Positions 1-12,480 of a stretch of DNA of 64,000 bases are shown here, in pieces. Source of the DNA: Mustelus asterias (taxonomy: Eukaryota). The stretch's first letter is position 1. Each line of letters begins with the position of its first letter. Position numbers and translations under genes: made by a program. The stretch spans positions 1-64,000 of the forward strand of contig NW_027591667.1 of NCBI RefSeq assembly GCF_964213995.1, in the 5' to 3' direction. The notes under the pieces are model-generated. The model worked only from the letters and a program-made list of their open reading frames with translations. It ran no database searches and had not been told where the DNA came from.

Positions 1-19
1 TTGGACGGAATGGCTTGCA

Positions 20-190
20 TTGAAGAGTCAACCACATTACTGTGGGTCTGGAGTCACCTGTCGGCCAGACCAGGTAAGGATGGCAGATTTGCTTACCGAA
101 AGGTCATGAATGAACCAGATGGGTTTATGTGGCAATGGAACTTTTAATCTGCCTGGAATCATTCCCAAGATCTTAATTTCATAATTAGAA
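20..190 (-). mobile_element. tRNA-SINE family B fragment (SlmI-like core)
   Basis: Reverse complement of the core ccttacctggtctggcc...gtgactccagacccacag...tggttgactctt, also seen at 6500, 17030, 20490, 36930 and 47085. Confidence 0.75.
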
Positions 191-281
191 TGGGCTGGAT
201 GTGACTTCATTTTGTTGTTCATGCTATTTCCCATTTTAAATGTACAAAAGCACCCCTTCTCTTGGTCCCAAATAAAATTGG

Positions 282-510
282 GTATCTCAAGAACAGCTTC
301 TTCCCTGCTGCCATCAGACTTTTGAATGGACTTACCTTGCATTAAATTGGATCTTTCTCTCCACCCTAAGTACGACTGTAACACTACATTCTGCACTCTC
401 TCGTTTCCTTCTTTATGAATGGTATGCTTTGTCTGTATAGCGAGCAAGGAACAATACTTTTCACTGCATACTAATACATGTGACAATAATAAATCAAATC
501 AAATCAAAAA
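282..510 (+). mobile_element. Rex1/Babar LINE 3' end
   Basis: End of ORF (KNSFFPAAIRLLN) plus 3' UTR ending tgtgacaataataaatcaaatcaaatc, the same UTR as the RT-bearing copy at 32075-32800. Confidence 0.85.
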
Positions 511-620
511 CATGGAAAACTCATGAGGCATATTTTTATGGCCCCTCCCATCAACAGCATTTTCCTGTCCCACTGGAATCAATGGACTTTTGAATGACTC
601 CCCCCAATTTATGGACCCAA

Positions 621-1214
621 CATTTTATTAACAGGGGGTTGGAGTTTAAGAGCTCTGGGGTTATGCTGCAACTGTACAGGACCTTGGTGAGACCACATTT
701 GGAATATTGTGTGCAGTTCTGGTCACCTCACTATAAGAAGGATGTGGAAGCGCTGGAAAGAGTGCAGAGGAGATTTACCAGGATGCTGCCTGGTTTGGAG
801 GGTAGGTCTTATGAGGAAAGGTTGAGGGAGATCGGGCTGTTCTCTCTGGAGCGGAGGAGGCTGAGGGAAGACTTAATAGAGGTTTATAAAATGATGAAGG
901 GGATAGATAGAGTGAACGTTCAAAGACTATTTCCTCGGGTGGATGGAGCTATTACAAGGGGGCATAACTATAGGGTTCGTGGTGGGAGATACAGGAAGGA
1001 TATCAGAGGTAGGTTCTTTACGCAGAGAGTGGTTGGGGTGTGGAATGGACTGCCTGCAGTGATAGTGGAGTCAGACACTTTAGGAACATTTAAGCGGTTA
1101 TTGGATAGGCACATGGAGCACACCAGGATGATAGGGAGTGGGATAGCTTGATCTTGGTTTCAGATAAAGCTCGGCACAACATTGTGGGCCGAAGGGCCTG
1201 TTCTGTGCTGTACT
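621..1214 (+). mobile_element. CR1/HER1-type LINE, 5'-truncated, young
   Basis: ORF 594-1151 has [19 protein letters not shown]...FFTQRVV (CR1 ORF2 C-terminus); tail gggccgaagggcctgttctgtgctgtac(tgttcta)n; near-identical to 46120-46731. Confidence 0.95.
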
Positions 1215-1643
1215 GTTCTATGTTCTATGTTCTAACCCCACTTTGACAGGGCCTTAAGATTCCACCCATGGATCTCTTCAAGACCACAGATATCTTTCTG
1301 ACTGTTTTTTTTCCTGATGCCATCACATGATAGTTTCTTTCCACTCTCTCCACTGTTAGGCTATAACCAGCAAGGTAGGCTTTAAGATAAGTCTACTGAA
1401 GGAGGCCTCCCCCATGATACTCACCACTCCCCTCCAGCCCCCCCTGTCCCCCTTGTGGTGAAGCGAGAGTGGGAACAGCCCTCCATCCACCCTGACTGTA
1501 TCAGCTCCTGACCCCCAAACATCATTACCTCACCATGACCACTGAAATCTCCCCCCAACCATGATTAATTCCTAATCCAGTCAACCCCAGCCTTCCCAAC
1601 TGGATTGCCCCCAGCCCCTTCCTAATCCGCTCACTTCTCAGGT

Positions 1644-1929
1644 GGGTGGCATGGTAGCATAGTGGTTAGCACTGCTGTTTCACAGAGCCAGGGACCCAGG
1701 TTCCATTCCCGGCTTGGGTCACTGTCTGTGTGGAGTTTGCACATTCTCCCCGTGTCTGCGTGGGTTTCCTCCAGGTGCTCCGGTTTCCTCCCACATTCTG
1801 AAAGACGTGCTGGTTAGGTGCATTGATGTGAACAGGCGCCGGACTGTGACGACTTGGGGAATTTCACAGTAACTTCATTGCAATGTTAATGTAAGCCTTA
1901 CTTGCGACTAATGAGTAAACTTTACTTTT
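1644..1929 (+). mobile_element. V-SINE with non-HE1 tail
   Basis: tRNA head with A/B-box-like motifs, V domain (tgtgtggagtttgcacattctccccgtgtctgcgtgggtttcctcc), tail ttcacagtaacttcattgca...taaacttt. Confidence 0.9.
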
Positions 1930-3407
1930 CTCTTCTCAACTTTGTGGTCCTCTTTCCTCGCTTATCGGAATGTTTCAGTGACCAAATATTCAATCCCCAA
2001 ATTTTTGGCGAGTTTCTTGTTACTCCTCGTGCTCACTTGAATGCCAAAAGCAAAAACTTGATGCAATCTAATTTCTGTAGCTAACTGTTCAAGTTTCATG
2101 TTCAAGGCGGGATAATAAAAGAGAATCCCTCCCATGTGTTTTGAAGTACAGATTCTGCAGCTTGAAACAAGAGAGCTTTCCGAATTAAAATTTAGGAATT
2201 TTAGTTGAATATTTCTGAAATATTAGCAACAATTTATAGAGGGAGCGAGAGCATCCCAAAGGGCGTCACGAGGCATATTCAAAATTATACACTGCGGCTA
2301 AAAAGGAGATATTGGGGTAACCAAAAGTAGTGATTCAAGGATGATCTGAAATGACTGGGGTGGGGGGTGGTGGAGGTATTCAGAAAGGGATTGCCAGAAT
2401 TGGTGCATAAAAGCATGAACCATAGGTGGGGAAAAGGAAAGAGAGATACACAAAGTTGGAGTCAGAATAATGGAGCATTCAGAATGGTGGGATAAGACTA
2501 TGAATGGTTTGAAATGCTCAAACCCATTTTAATGATTCTTAATGAGTCTTGTTATCTAATTGTCATGGTGGTAATAAAGTCCCCAATAAATTTCAGTGCA
2601 CATTTTAAAATTTGAAGGACAGGTTACTTTTTCCCTACATTACCTATTGTTTGAGTACAGCAATAGATAGGACATACTACAATGTTAGCCAAATAATAGT
2701 AAAGCTAATTAAGGCTTCAGAAGTGACCTTAAAATTTCTCTTATGGTTAACAAGGTCTTCTTCACAAATGAGCTCGTCAATAAATGTAATTAAGGACTTT
2801 TAGCACAATGTTTAAGGTCATTTTTAAAAAATCACAGCCTATTAATGATCATTGACCAAACAATTCATCAGGGAAGCAATATTTTTCAAGCCCACTCGAC
2901 CATGATAATTAATCATCCTCCACAGAATATGCTACAATCGGCTTCCACAGGAAATGGTCTCTGGCAAAGTAATTGGCATTGATTTTCCAGCCCACGTCCC
3001 AGGCAGGAGGCACTTCTGCACTTGGAGTGGAAGCAAATTTCTGGGTTGGTTTTGTTATCACAATGGCAATAAGCAGCTGATATGAACAACAGCTGCAGCC
3101 CAGCTGTTGTGTAGTGAGGTGAGAGATCCAATGCTGCTGCAGAATGTATAGATTGGCAATTAAAGGGAGGGGCAGATAAGCAATTTGAAAGGAGTCATGA
3201 GATTTGGGAAGACAATTGCTGTTCACCATGATCTGCAAACTGGATATTTGAACATATGCTGAGAAAGAAAAAAATTGCATTTCCAACCTTAAGTTTTCCA
3301 ATGAAGTAAATGATTCTGCAATGTAAACCTAGGATTCCAAAAGGATTGATTAAATTAGAGGGTTAAGCTGTTATACTATTTTTCTTGGCAAGAAAACCAT
3401 TTCAGGA

Positions 3408-3700
3408 AGTAAAGTTTATTTATTAGTCACAAGTAAGGCTTACATTAATACTGCAATGAAGTTGCTGTGAAAATCCCCTAGTCACCGCACTCTGGCGCCT
3501 GTTCGGGAGAATTTAGCATGGCCAATGCACCCAACCAGCAAGTCTTTCGAACTGTGGGAGGAAACCGGAGCATCCGGAAGAAACCCATGCAGACACGAGG
3601 AGAACATGCAAACTCCACACAGACAGTGACCCAAGCCAGGAATCAAACCTGGGTCCCTAGCGCTGTGAGGCAGCAGTGCTAACCACTGTGCCACCATGCC
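3408..3700 (-). mobile_element. V-SINE with non-HE1 tail
   Basis: Reverse complement of the 1644 family. Confidence 0.9.
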
Positions 3701-3719
3701 ACCCCATGGTCTTTCAAAC

Positions 3720-4370
3720 CACTCTCACACATCTCCTTCACCTTCATTCCAATATTAAGTGCAATGAGCTGATGGACATTTTTCTCACAAAGATTGAGGC
3801 CATGTCTTCCACTGCCTCTGTTGCTTTGTTCGCTTCCCCCTACTCCATCTGGCCAAACTTTTTCTTATGTTCCCCAAACACCAGCCCTGAACTCACATCT
3901 CTCTCTAGATTCTATCCGATTTCCCATTTCCAAACTCACCTTTTTCCTCCTCCTCCCATTCTGTTCCCACCTTTAACATGCAACTTCTTTTCCCGGCTAA
4001 CTATTAGTTTATGTTAATAGTTCCTCCTCCTCAGAGACTGTCCCATTCAAATCTATCATCGCTCCTCTCCTCCCCATCTCCAGCCCCCCTATCCTCTCCA
4101 AGATCCTCAAACATTTTGTCATCTCCCAAAAGCTGATCTTTTGCACATTTTGATGCTTGACTTCCTCCAAAAATTACGCATTATATTCCTTGTGACTGTG
4201 ACCATGTTAAATTAATCCCCTCCCCTCAATTTTCTCAACCTATCTGCAGACTTCAATATGATTGATCATGCAGGCCTTCTTGAAAACCGCTCCTCCATTG
4301 TCCAGCTGAGTGGGATTACAGTTGCCCCGTTCTATTCTTAGTTATTGAATTGTGGCTGGAGAATCATTCG
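3720..4370 (+). mobile_element. L2 LINE RT fragment, decayed
   Basis: KCNELMDIFLTKIE, then a degenerate LxLSAxFxxxDH...VQLSG motif typical of L2 RT. Confidence 0.7.
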
Positions 4371-4818
4371 ATAAGGACTCCTCCCACTGTGGGGGTGATT
4401 CCCTACTCTGAGTCCTAATTGTCCCCGAGGTCAGGTGAACTTAATCTGCTGTGTTGCCACGAGAGGGGCAATCACCACAGGTGACCACTACGAGGCCTTC
4501 CCCTCCGCCCTGGCACATTCCTGATGCATCCTGACCACTATCTCAGTGGCTACCATCAGGATTCTCAAACAGGATTAGAGAGCTCAAAATCTTGCATGAT
4601 CCCACCATGCAAGGAAATGGAGGAAACAGCTGTCCCAGTGGGGGGGTGGGGAGGGGGGGGGGGGGTAGAAAATTGACACACTGTTCAATTTTTACTGTAA
4701 TTCTGTCTGATTGTGACTAATCATGATGTGGAGATGCCGGCGTTGGACTGGAGTAAACACAGTAAGAAGTCTCACAACACCAGTTTAAAGTCCAACAGGT
4801 GTATTTGGTAGCAAAAGC

Positions 4819-4853
4819 CACTAGCTTTCGGAGCACTGCCCCTTCGTCAGGTG
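4819..4853 (-). ncRNA. Minimal type I hammerhead ribozyme motif (PLE)
   Basis: Minus strand reads cac-CTGACGA-aggggcagtgctcc-GAAA-gcta-gtg. Confidence 0.8.
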
Positions 4854-6140
4854 AGTGGGAGTTCTGTTCACAAACAGGGCATATAAAGACACAAACTCAA
4901 TTTACAAAATAATGATTGAAATGCGAGTCTTTACGGGTAATCAAGTCTTAAAGGTACAGACAATGTGAGTGGAGAGAGCATTAAGCACAGGTTAAAGAGA
5001 TGTGTATTGTCTCCAGCTAGGACAGTTAGTGAGATTTTGCAAGTCCAGGCAAGTCGTGGGAGTTACAGATGGTGCGACATGAACCCAAGATCCTGGTTGA
5101 GGCCGTCCTCATGTGTGCGGAACTTGGCTATCAGTCTCTGCTCAGCGACTCTGCACTGTCGTGTGTCATGAAGGCCGCCTTGGAGAACGCTTACCCAAAG
5201 ATCAGAGGCCGAATGCCCGTGACCGCTGAAGTGTTCCCCAACAGGAAGAGAACACCCTTGCCTGGTGATTGTCGAGTGTACCACGGTGGACAGAGTACCC
5301 TTCGTCGTCCAGTACTTCCCCGGAGCAGAGAAGCTACGACATCTTCTCCGGAGCCTTCAACATGTCATTGATGAAGACAAGCATCTCGCGAAGGCCATCC
5401 CCTCACTCCCACTTCTTGCCTTCAAACAACCGCACAACCTCAAACAGACCATTGTCCGCAGCAAACTACCCAGCCTTCAGGAGAACAGTGGCCACGACAC
5501 CACACAACCCTGCTACAGCAACCTCTGCAAGACATGCCGGATCATCGACACGGATGCCATCATCTCACGTGAGAACACCATCCACCAGGTACACGGTACA
5601 TAATCTTGCAACTCGGCCAATGTTGTCTACCTGATACGCTGCAGGAAAGGATGTCCCGAGGCATGGTACATTGGGGAGACCATGCAGACGCTACGACTAT
5701 GGATGAATGAACACCGCTCGACAATCACCAGGCAAGAGTGTTCTCTTCCTGTTGGGGAGCACTTCAGCGGTCACGGGCATTCGGCCTCTGATCTTCGGGT
5801 GAGCGTTCTGCAAGGCGGCCTTCATGACACACGACAGCGCAGATTCGCTGAGCAGAGACTGATAGCCAAGTTCCGCACACAGGAGGATGGCCTCAACCGG
5901 GATCTTGGGTTCATGTCACACTATCTGTAACCCCCACGACTTGCCTGGGCTTGCAAAATCTCACTAGCTGTCCTGTCTGGAGACAATACACATCTCTTTA
6001 ACCTGTGCTTAACGCTCTCTCCACTCACATTGTCTGTACCTTTAAGACTTGATTACCCTGTAAAGACTCGCATTCCAATCATTATTTTGTAAATTGAGTT
6101 TGTGTCTCTATGTGCCCTGTTTGTGAATAGAACTCCCACT

Positions 6141-6175
6141 CACCTGACGAAGGAGCAGCGCTCCGAAAGCTAGTG
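6141..6175 (+). ncRNA. Minimal type I hammerhead ribozyme motif (PLE)
   Basis: cac-CTGACGA-a-ggagc-agc-gctcc-GAAA-gcta-gtg: catalytic core, stem II, reduced palindromic stem III, cac/gtg stem I. Confidence 0.85.
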
Positions 6176-6499
6176 GCTTTTACTACCAAATAAACCTGTT
6201 TGACTTTAACCTGGTATTGTGAGACTTCTTACTCTGATTGTGACTAGAACAGAGATCAAAACTGAACCCTGATTCTTTGTCTAACTGAAATCATTGTCTT
6301 CAAATATTAAGGATTGGCACCGCTGTTGTCGGACAGGCACAGTTGATTCTTTCACATGTTGGGAGTGGGTAAGTGGAAACAATAAGGCTGATTCTTCTTC
6401 CCTTAATCCAATTACTTACAGATAATCAAAGTGTTACCCAAGCATAGCCCCATATAAGCACTCTTTAGGGGAGGCTGTGACCACGTGTTATTGCACGGG

Positions 6500-6755
6500 A
6501 CGAGTGGTCTAGAGACCCAATACTCTGGGGACCTGGGTTCAGATTCCACCACAGCAGATGGTGACATTTGAATTGAATAAAAACCTGGAATTAAAATTCT
6601 AATAATGACCATGAAACCATTGTCAATTGTTGTAAAAACCCATGTCGTTCACTTATGTCCTTTAGGGAAGGAAATCTGTCGTCCTTACTTGGTGTGGCCT
6701 ACATGTGGCTACAGATCCACAGCAATGTGATTGACTCTTATCTGCCCTCTGAAAT
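6500..6755 (+). mobile_element. tRNA-SINE family B
   Basis: B-box-like ggttcagattcc, then atgtcctttagggaaggaaatctg...gactcttatctgccctctgaaatg. Confidence 0.8.
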
Positions 6756-6761
6756 GATCCT

Positions 6762-7300
6762 GCCATCCCAGGAATCAGTCTGGTAAACCTTTGCTACACT
6801 CCCTTCATAGCAAGAACATATTTCCTCAGATAAGGAGACCAAAACTGTGCACAATATTTCAGCTGTGGCCTCACCAAGGCCCTGTATAATTGCAGCAAGA
6901 CATCCCTGCTTCTGTACTCGAATCCTCTCACTATGAAGGCCAATACACACATTTGCCTTCTTCACTGCCTGCTGCACCTGCATGCTTACTTGCAGCAACT
7001 GGTGTACGTGGACACTGAGGTCTCGTTGCACATTCCCCTCTCTCAATCTACAGCCATTTAGATAATAACCTGCCTTCCTGTTTTTAATACCAAAGTGGAT
7101 AACCTCACATTTATCCACATTATACTGCATCTGCCATGCATTTGCCCACTTGCGCAAATTTGGAGATATGACATTTAGTTTCCTAATCTAAATCAATAAT
7201 ATATATTGTGAATAGCTGGGCTCCTGGCCCTGATCCCTGTAGTACTCCACTAGTCAATGCCTGTCATTTGAAAAAGACTCGTTTGTTCCTCCTCTTTGTT
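6762..7300 (-). mobile_element. CR1 LINE ORF2 fragment
   Basis: WQMQYNVDKCEVIHFG...QQAVKKAN in ORF 6738-7157. Confidence 0.9.
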
Positions 7301-8297
7301 TTCTGTCTGCTAATGGGATTTAGTTTGAAAGTTATCAAATCACGTTTGAACAGCATGCCAGTGAAATTAATTGATGTTGGAGGTAGACTGCAAGCACCTG
7401 TCTTTATTGTACCCTCTGTATCCATAGACCATGGCTTACTTACTGGCTGTGGGTCTCTGAAGACTTTAGACTGTCATTAGCTGTCAGACAGATATTTGTT
7501 TGGTCTACAGGTTGGCCATGGTAATCTTGGTTATTTCTGTTAAGGGAAAAATCAGGACATGTTGCCAACTGTTGACCTTTGCAAGTGCACAGACTTGCTC
7601 GTGTTTTCTGTTTCACCAAGCCCTGTTGACATATTGCAGAGCTGCCCATGTTGAATGGGTCAAATGGCATTGCATATTCACACTGACAAAAGGCACTGCT
7701 TGTCCAGGGTATTTAATTATAATTGATCTCGTAATTCTCTGTCATAAATGCCCATATCTGCTGACGAAAGAAGGCTGCCCATAAAATGAGGCACAACCTG
7801 CAGAAAGAGAGTTAAGGTTAACCAAGCTGCGACATTTGATTTCTTCTGAGCAGAGGGTCAAGGATGTTGGGAATGAGGATTCAATGGAGGAGGTGGTGAT
7901 GGCTGAATTAAGAGTCCTTCCGCCAGCTCAGAGCTCATATTATTTGCTGTTTACTGTTTATCTCATGACTTTAACATTCATTGTCTACATAAACGTACTT
8001 TAATATAACACACCACAAATTATTGCCATGTTTCAAGGGATGCATTCTTGTGAGCATTGTAAAATTGTCCTGTTTCTGAGGCAGGAACTAGTTTAACTAA
8101 CTATGCAGCTTTACCAGTACAGTTTCACATTCACATGCACACATATACATCAACCCTGATATGCATCAGCCATCTTCTTATTCTGTCTTTCTCAAATATA
8201 CTTCATTACATAACTCCTTAGACTCCTTACACCCACTTACCTGGCAAGCACATCCATCCTTCTTTTCTATGTACTTTATCACAAAAAAGCAGGGAAC

Positions 8298-8640
8298 TTA
8301 GAGTATTGCCTGACAAAAGCATTGTGGCAGCTCCCTAGAATTTGCAAAGACCTGCAGGAATATCTTTCTGTGGTTGCACACCAGCTGCACACTGAAGAAA
8401 TGGCAGTCCTCGCTTGCTGTCACAACTACTCCTGATTCACCTAGCGGTGTGTGGCTGCCAACTCTCCGCCTTAGGGAACCAGCCAGAGCCTGTGCCTGTG
8501 CACTCTGACTAGCATCATCACAGGCAGATTTTACATAATTGCCAGCTCTTGCAAATGGCCCATCAGTCACCTATCTTATGCATTTGTGGGCAGTCCAATG
8601 GATAAGTTGCACAACTTCACACCATTCATTTGAATGCTGA
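8298..8640 (-). mobile_element. PIF/Harbinger (HARBI1-like) transposase remnant
   Basis: TDGPFARAGNYVK...HFFSVQLVCNHRKIFLQVFA resembles the Harbinger DDE motif FHSLNVQLVCDH..FLxVxARFPGSxHD. Confidence 0.75.
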
Positions 8641-8689
8641 GCTTCTTGACAAGATACTCATATACCCACATGTGTGGAGGAGCAGAATA

Positions 8690-8800
8690 TACCTCAAGGA
8701 CTGCAGTGATTCAAGAAGCAGGTTCTTGGACAACTAGGGATGGACAATAAATGCTGGCCTAGCCAGCAATGCCCGCATCCCAAAATTAATAAAATAAAGA
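8690..8800 (+). mobile_element. 3' end of CR1-group (Zenon-like) LINE
   Basis: ggactgcagtgattcaagaag...agggatggacaataaatgctggcctagccagc; tail shared with SINE family B. Confidence 0.65.
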
Positions 8801-8947
8801 ACAACTTCCTGATCTCCAAGTTTACGCATGTGATGTGACTAGATATTACTTTCTGATTTACTCTTTAATAATGGTGAGCATTCATAGCCTCACCATAACT
8901 TCCACCGTAAATGCAACACCATCCACTCCGATGCTTTCTGTGGAAAT

Positions 8948-9097
8948 ATTGATTTGATTTATTATTGTCACATATATTAGTATACAGTGAAAAGTATTGT
9001 TTCTTGTGTACTATATAGACAAAGCATACTGTTCATAGTGAAGGAAAGGAGAGAGTGCAGATTGTAGTGTTACAGTCATAGCTAGGGTGTAGAGAAA
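8948..9097 (-). mobile_element. Rex1/Babar LINE 3' UTR
   Basis: ttgatttgatttattattgtcaca...gtgtagagaaag. Confidence 0.85.
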
Positions 9098-9217
9098 GCT
9101 TGGGCTTTGCTTCTCTTAGGAATGACTGGTGCTAAGGAAGCCTTCAGATTCAACTGATCTGGAATAATCACAATATGCAAACAATTTGAGACAGTCCTAA
9201 TGCTAAGTTTCAATTCT

Positions 9218-9830
9218 CTCATCGGAACATTAGGCAGACAAACAGATCATTCACCCCCTCAGGTCTGTTTTGACATTCAATTAGATCATGGTTGATCTGC
9301 ATCTCAGCTCCATTCATACACCTTTGCTCCATGTCTCTTGACAGCAATACCAAGAAAAATCTAGCAATCTTAGTTTTGACAGTTTCAATTAACCCAGCAT
9401 CAATGGCCAATTTGATAAGAGAGGCCCAGATTTTTACTGCGTAATAAAAGTGTTGCCTGAATTCGATTCTAAACAACCAAGTTTTAATTTTAAGATGATG
9501 TCCCTTTGTTCTTTATTTCCCACCAGGAGGAATTAGTATTGTTCTGTTGAATCCTTTTAACAGTTGAGGCACTTCCACAGAATCATAGAACTGTTGTAGT
9601 ACAGATGGAGGCCATTTGGGTCATCATGTCTGTGCTGGCTCTCTGAAAGAACAATTCACTGAGTGCCATTCCCCTACCTTCATTCTGTAACCCTGAACAT
9701 TCTTCCTTTTCAGATAATAATCAAACTTCCTCGTGAATGCCTCAATGGAACCTGCTTCCACCATAGTTAGTGCATTGCAGATCCTAACCACTTGCTCCAT
9801 TATATCGCTCCTCAATCTTCTATTCCCAAG
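9218..9830 (-). mobile_element. Two decayed CR1 3' ends
   Basis: Degenerate CR1 tails start near 9220 and 9578; translation includes VVRICNAL..VEAGSIEAF. Confidence 0.7.
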
Positions 9831-9831
9831 G

Positions 9832-10890
9832 ATTTTTTTTTCTAAAAATACACCTCATTCATAAAATTTGTAAAAATACATTACATAACAGTTCAAATTT
9901 CACATGAAATAAAAGTGAGATGGAGATCAGATTTTGCAATACAGTACATGAGATGTTGCGCTTTGTCATTACAGGTTATGTATACAATATACATTTACAG
10001 TTCATGACAAGCATTCTCTGATGCATACGGTCTGTGTAGTTTTACACAGTTTCTAGCTCCTTGGTATACTTTGGCAAGAGGACTTTAAGCAATGGTCTTT
10101 CCCTATTGAGTCCCCCTCCGGCAACTTCCCCAAGCTTGCATGCATCCCTCAGCATGTAGTCCTGCACCTTGGAATATGCCAGCCTGCAACACTCAGTAAT
10201 TGACAGCTCTTTGCATTGGAAGACCAGCTAGGCAGACCCAAAAAAGCATCCAAGATGAAGGTTCTCTGGCAGCAGTTGATGTTTATTTCAGTATTTGTCC
10301 CTGAAAACAGCCCAAAGAGCACTGAGTCCCATATTATAGAACAGATCCATTGTCAAAAAACACTGTATCTCTTTCCAGGCCCACTTTGAAAAGGAACATT
10401 CCATAAGAAGGCAGGCGGTAGTCTCTTGCCCACTATAGCCCTTCGAGAGTGCAGAACTAGTGAGACTCTGGGCTTACCAGAAGGATCTGATAGGGAGAGC
10501 CCTTCTCAACACCAACCAAGTCCTGGATATTGTTTAAAAGTTCTGATGATGTGATGGTGTACTCATGAACCATCCAACAGAATATAACGCTTCCTTTTTC
10601 TTTAGGGCCTCGAGGGTGTTACATGCAGACCACTGCCTGTTGGAATTGCTGTAAGTAGTGATTTTCTGCACCATCTTTTCCAACATCCAACTGAATGCGG
10701 CATTCTGCGACAGTGCGGCCCATCCCATCCTTCGCAACAATGGGGAAGAAGATAGAAGCTCAACATGGAGTGACACTTGGTGTTTGCATAACCAGAATCT
10801 ATTCAGAGCCTGATGCAGCCACGCAAAAAGATGGCCATCAGATGAAGGCGACACCTGGTATGTTTCTTTTTCCCCCTTTATCCAGAGGTT
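9832..10890 (-). mobile_element. Tx1-clade LINE 3' fragment
   Basis: Poly(A) tail (T-run at 9833-9841); translations SPLLRRMG...RQWSACNTLEAL and LVFQCKELSITECCRLAYSKVQDYMLRDA, typical of Tx1 ORF2 C-terminus. Confidence 0.8.
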
Positions 10891-11518
10891 GAACACTGTA
10901 TTCCAGTGCAGGGAACGCAATCCAGATGTATGCAATTTGTCCTCATACTTTAACCCTTTAAGCTCTGGTATTCTGTTGAATTTGCTCTGGACCCACGACA
11001 AGGTTAATATATCTCTCCTGAGGAGTGGTGCGCAAACTGAACACAGAGCTCCAGATCCTCACTCGTATTCAGTTCCCTCACAGATGTGTAGAATTATATG
11101 TCGTATGTTCGATATTCCTATTGCTTTCTGTTGCTGACGACTGGATTTCAGATTTATTATGGAGCTTGCATTTTCCATTGACACTGAAAGCTTTCCTGCA
11201 CCAAGCAGTGTCACTAAAACCACCAACGTATTTTGTTGCAGCTTGGGATGACCTGACAGGAAAGCAATTTATTTTGTGAGATTTTGAGCACAAACCAACG
11301 ATAATGGCAGCAGATAACTGAACGTGTTTAATTAAAACATAATTCACTCTTTTGATGGCTTATAATCATCTCGTAATGATGATTATTAATATGCATATTA
11401 CTTTTTTTAGCCTAACAGAATCATGAATAACACATGATTCAGAGCAAGCATGTCTTTAGACAAGCTCATTTCTATCATCAGGATATCCTCGAGTGCATCA
11501 TAGCTGAAGAATAATTTT

Positions 11519-12480
11519 TAAAATAAAAACAGAAAATGCTGGAAAAACTCAGCAGCCCTGGAAGCATCTGTGGAGAGAGTAACAGTCTCCATGGAGCTCC
11601 CAGAGCTCCCAGACGTCAACTTATGGCACTTAGAAAAAAAAATGAAGCAAAGTGTCATCTTCACCAGTAGGGGGCGTGGATAGAGTCTGCTCATACCGGG
11701 AAGCCAGCTGCAGACTGCTAGAGGGTGCAATTGCACATGCACCCACTGGCCGATCACCGCCCCCATTCCCACACCCCTTCTAGCCGATCACTGCCCCCGA
11801 TTTGAACCCCCCCAGCCAATCGCCGCTCCCGATTCCCCCACACAGCTGATCCATGATGCATGGTATGCAGCACATATGGACCTCCCCATGCCTTGCCTCC
11901 CCTTCAGGACTGTCTCTCCCCTTAAGTCCCTCCCTGCCCCTTAAGCCCCGCCCCTTACCACTGCCCAGTGCCGAGTGGGCAGCGCCAGCGTGCCAGGCTG
12001 GCAACTGTCAGAGTCCCAGGCTGGCAGTGCTAGGGACACTGCTCACTCCTGCCCCCGACCAATCGGGGGGGGCAGCAATCACTTCCAGTCCCAACAGTAA
12101 GGCCATCACATCAGGTCCCTGTTGCTGGGTCCATACGAGATCCTTGCTGGTGAGGACCTCCACCGGCGAGGTCATTAAGGCAAGTGAGCCTGGACAACTG
12201 CGTCCTGGACTCACTAATAATATTAAAATGAGATCATATATATTTAAATCAGCCCCGAACCCAGGGAGACAGGACCGGTAATATCGCGAGAGGCAGAAAA
12301 CAGAGCGTAAACCCCAGTTTCTCACCTCTTGCGCAATCTTACCGGCTCCCCTCGCCGATCAGCTGGCTTGATGAGTTGATAAGATGGTTCCCTATATCTC
12401 CACAGTTGCTGCCAGGCCTGCTGCGCTTTACCAGCAGTTACTTGTTTCAGATTTCCAGCATCCAGGGTACTTTGCTTTTA
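11519..12480. mobile_element. Inverted PLE-type termini enclosing a GC-rich MITE-like repeat
   Basis: aaataaaaacagaaaatgctggaaaaactcagcag at 11521, degenerate inverted counterpart at about 12395-12465; GC-rich interior. Confidence 0.5.

Larger units (their letters stand above)
4720..6232 (+). mobile_element. Penelope-like element: GIY-YIG endonuclease end with inverted terminal copy
   Basis: NVVYLIRCRKGCPEAWYIGET...HFSGHGHS...GLN on + (about 5275-5930); 4720-5275 is an inverted copy of the 3' end; 14-bp TSD tctgattgtgacta at 4706-4719 and 6233-6246. Confidence 0.92.

Noticed and set aside
3482-3697. Recurrent short ORFs (MVSTAASQ..., WLALLPHS..., CGRKPEHPEETH...)
   Set aside because: These are translations of V-SINE copies in different frames, not a protein family
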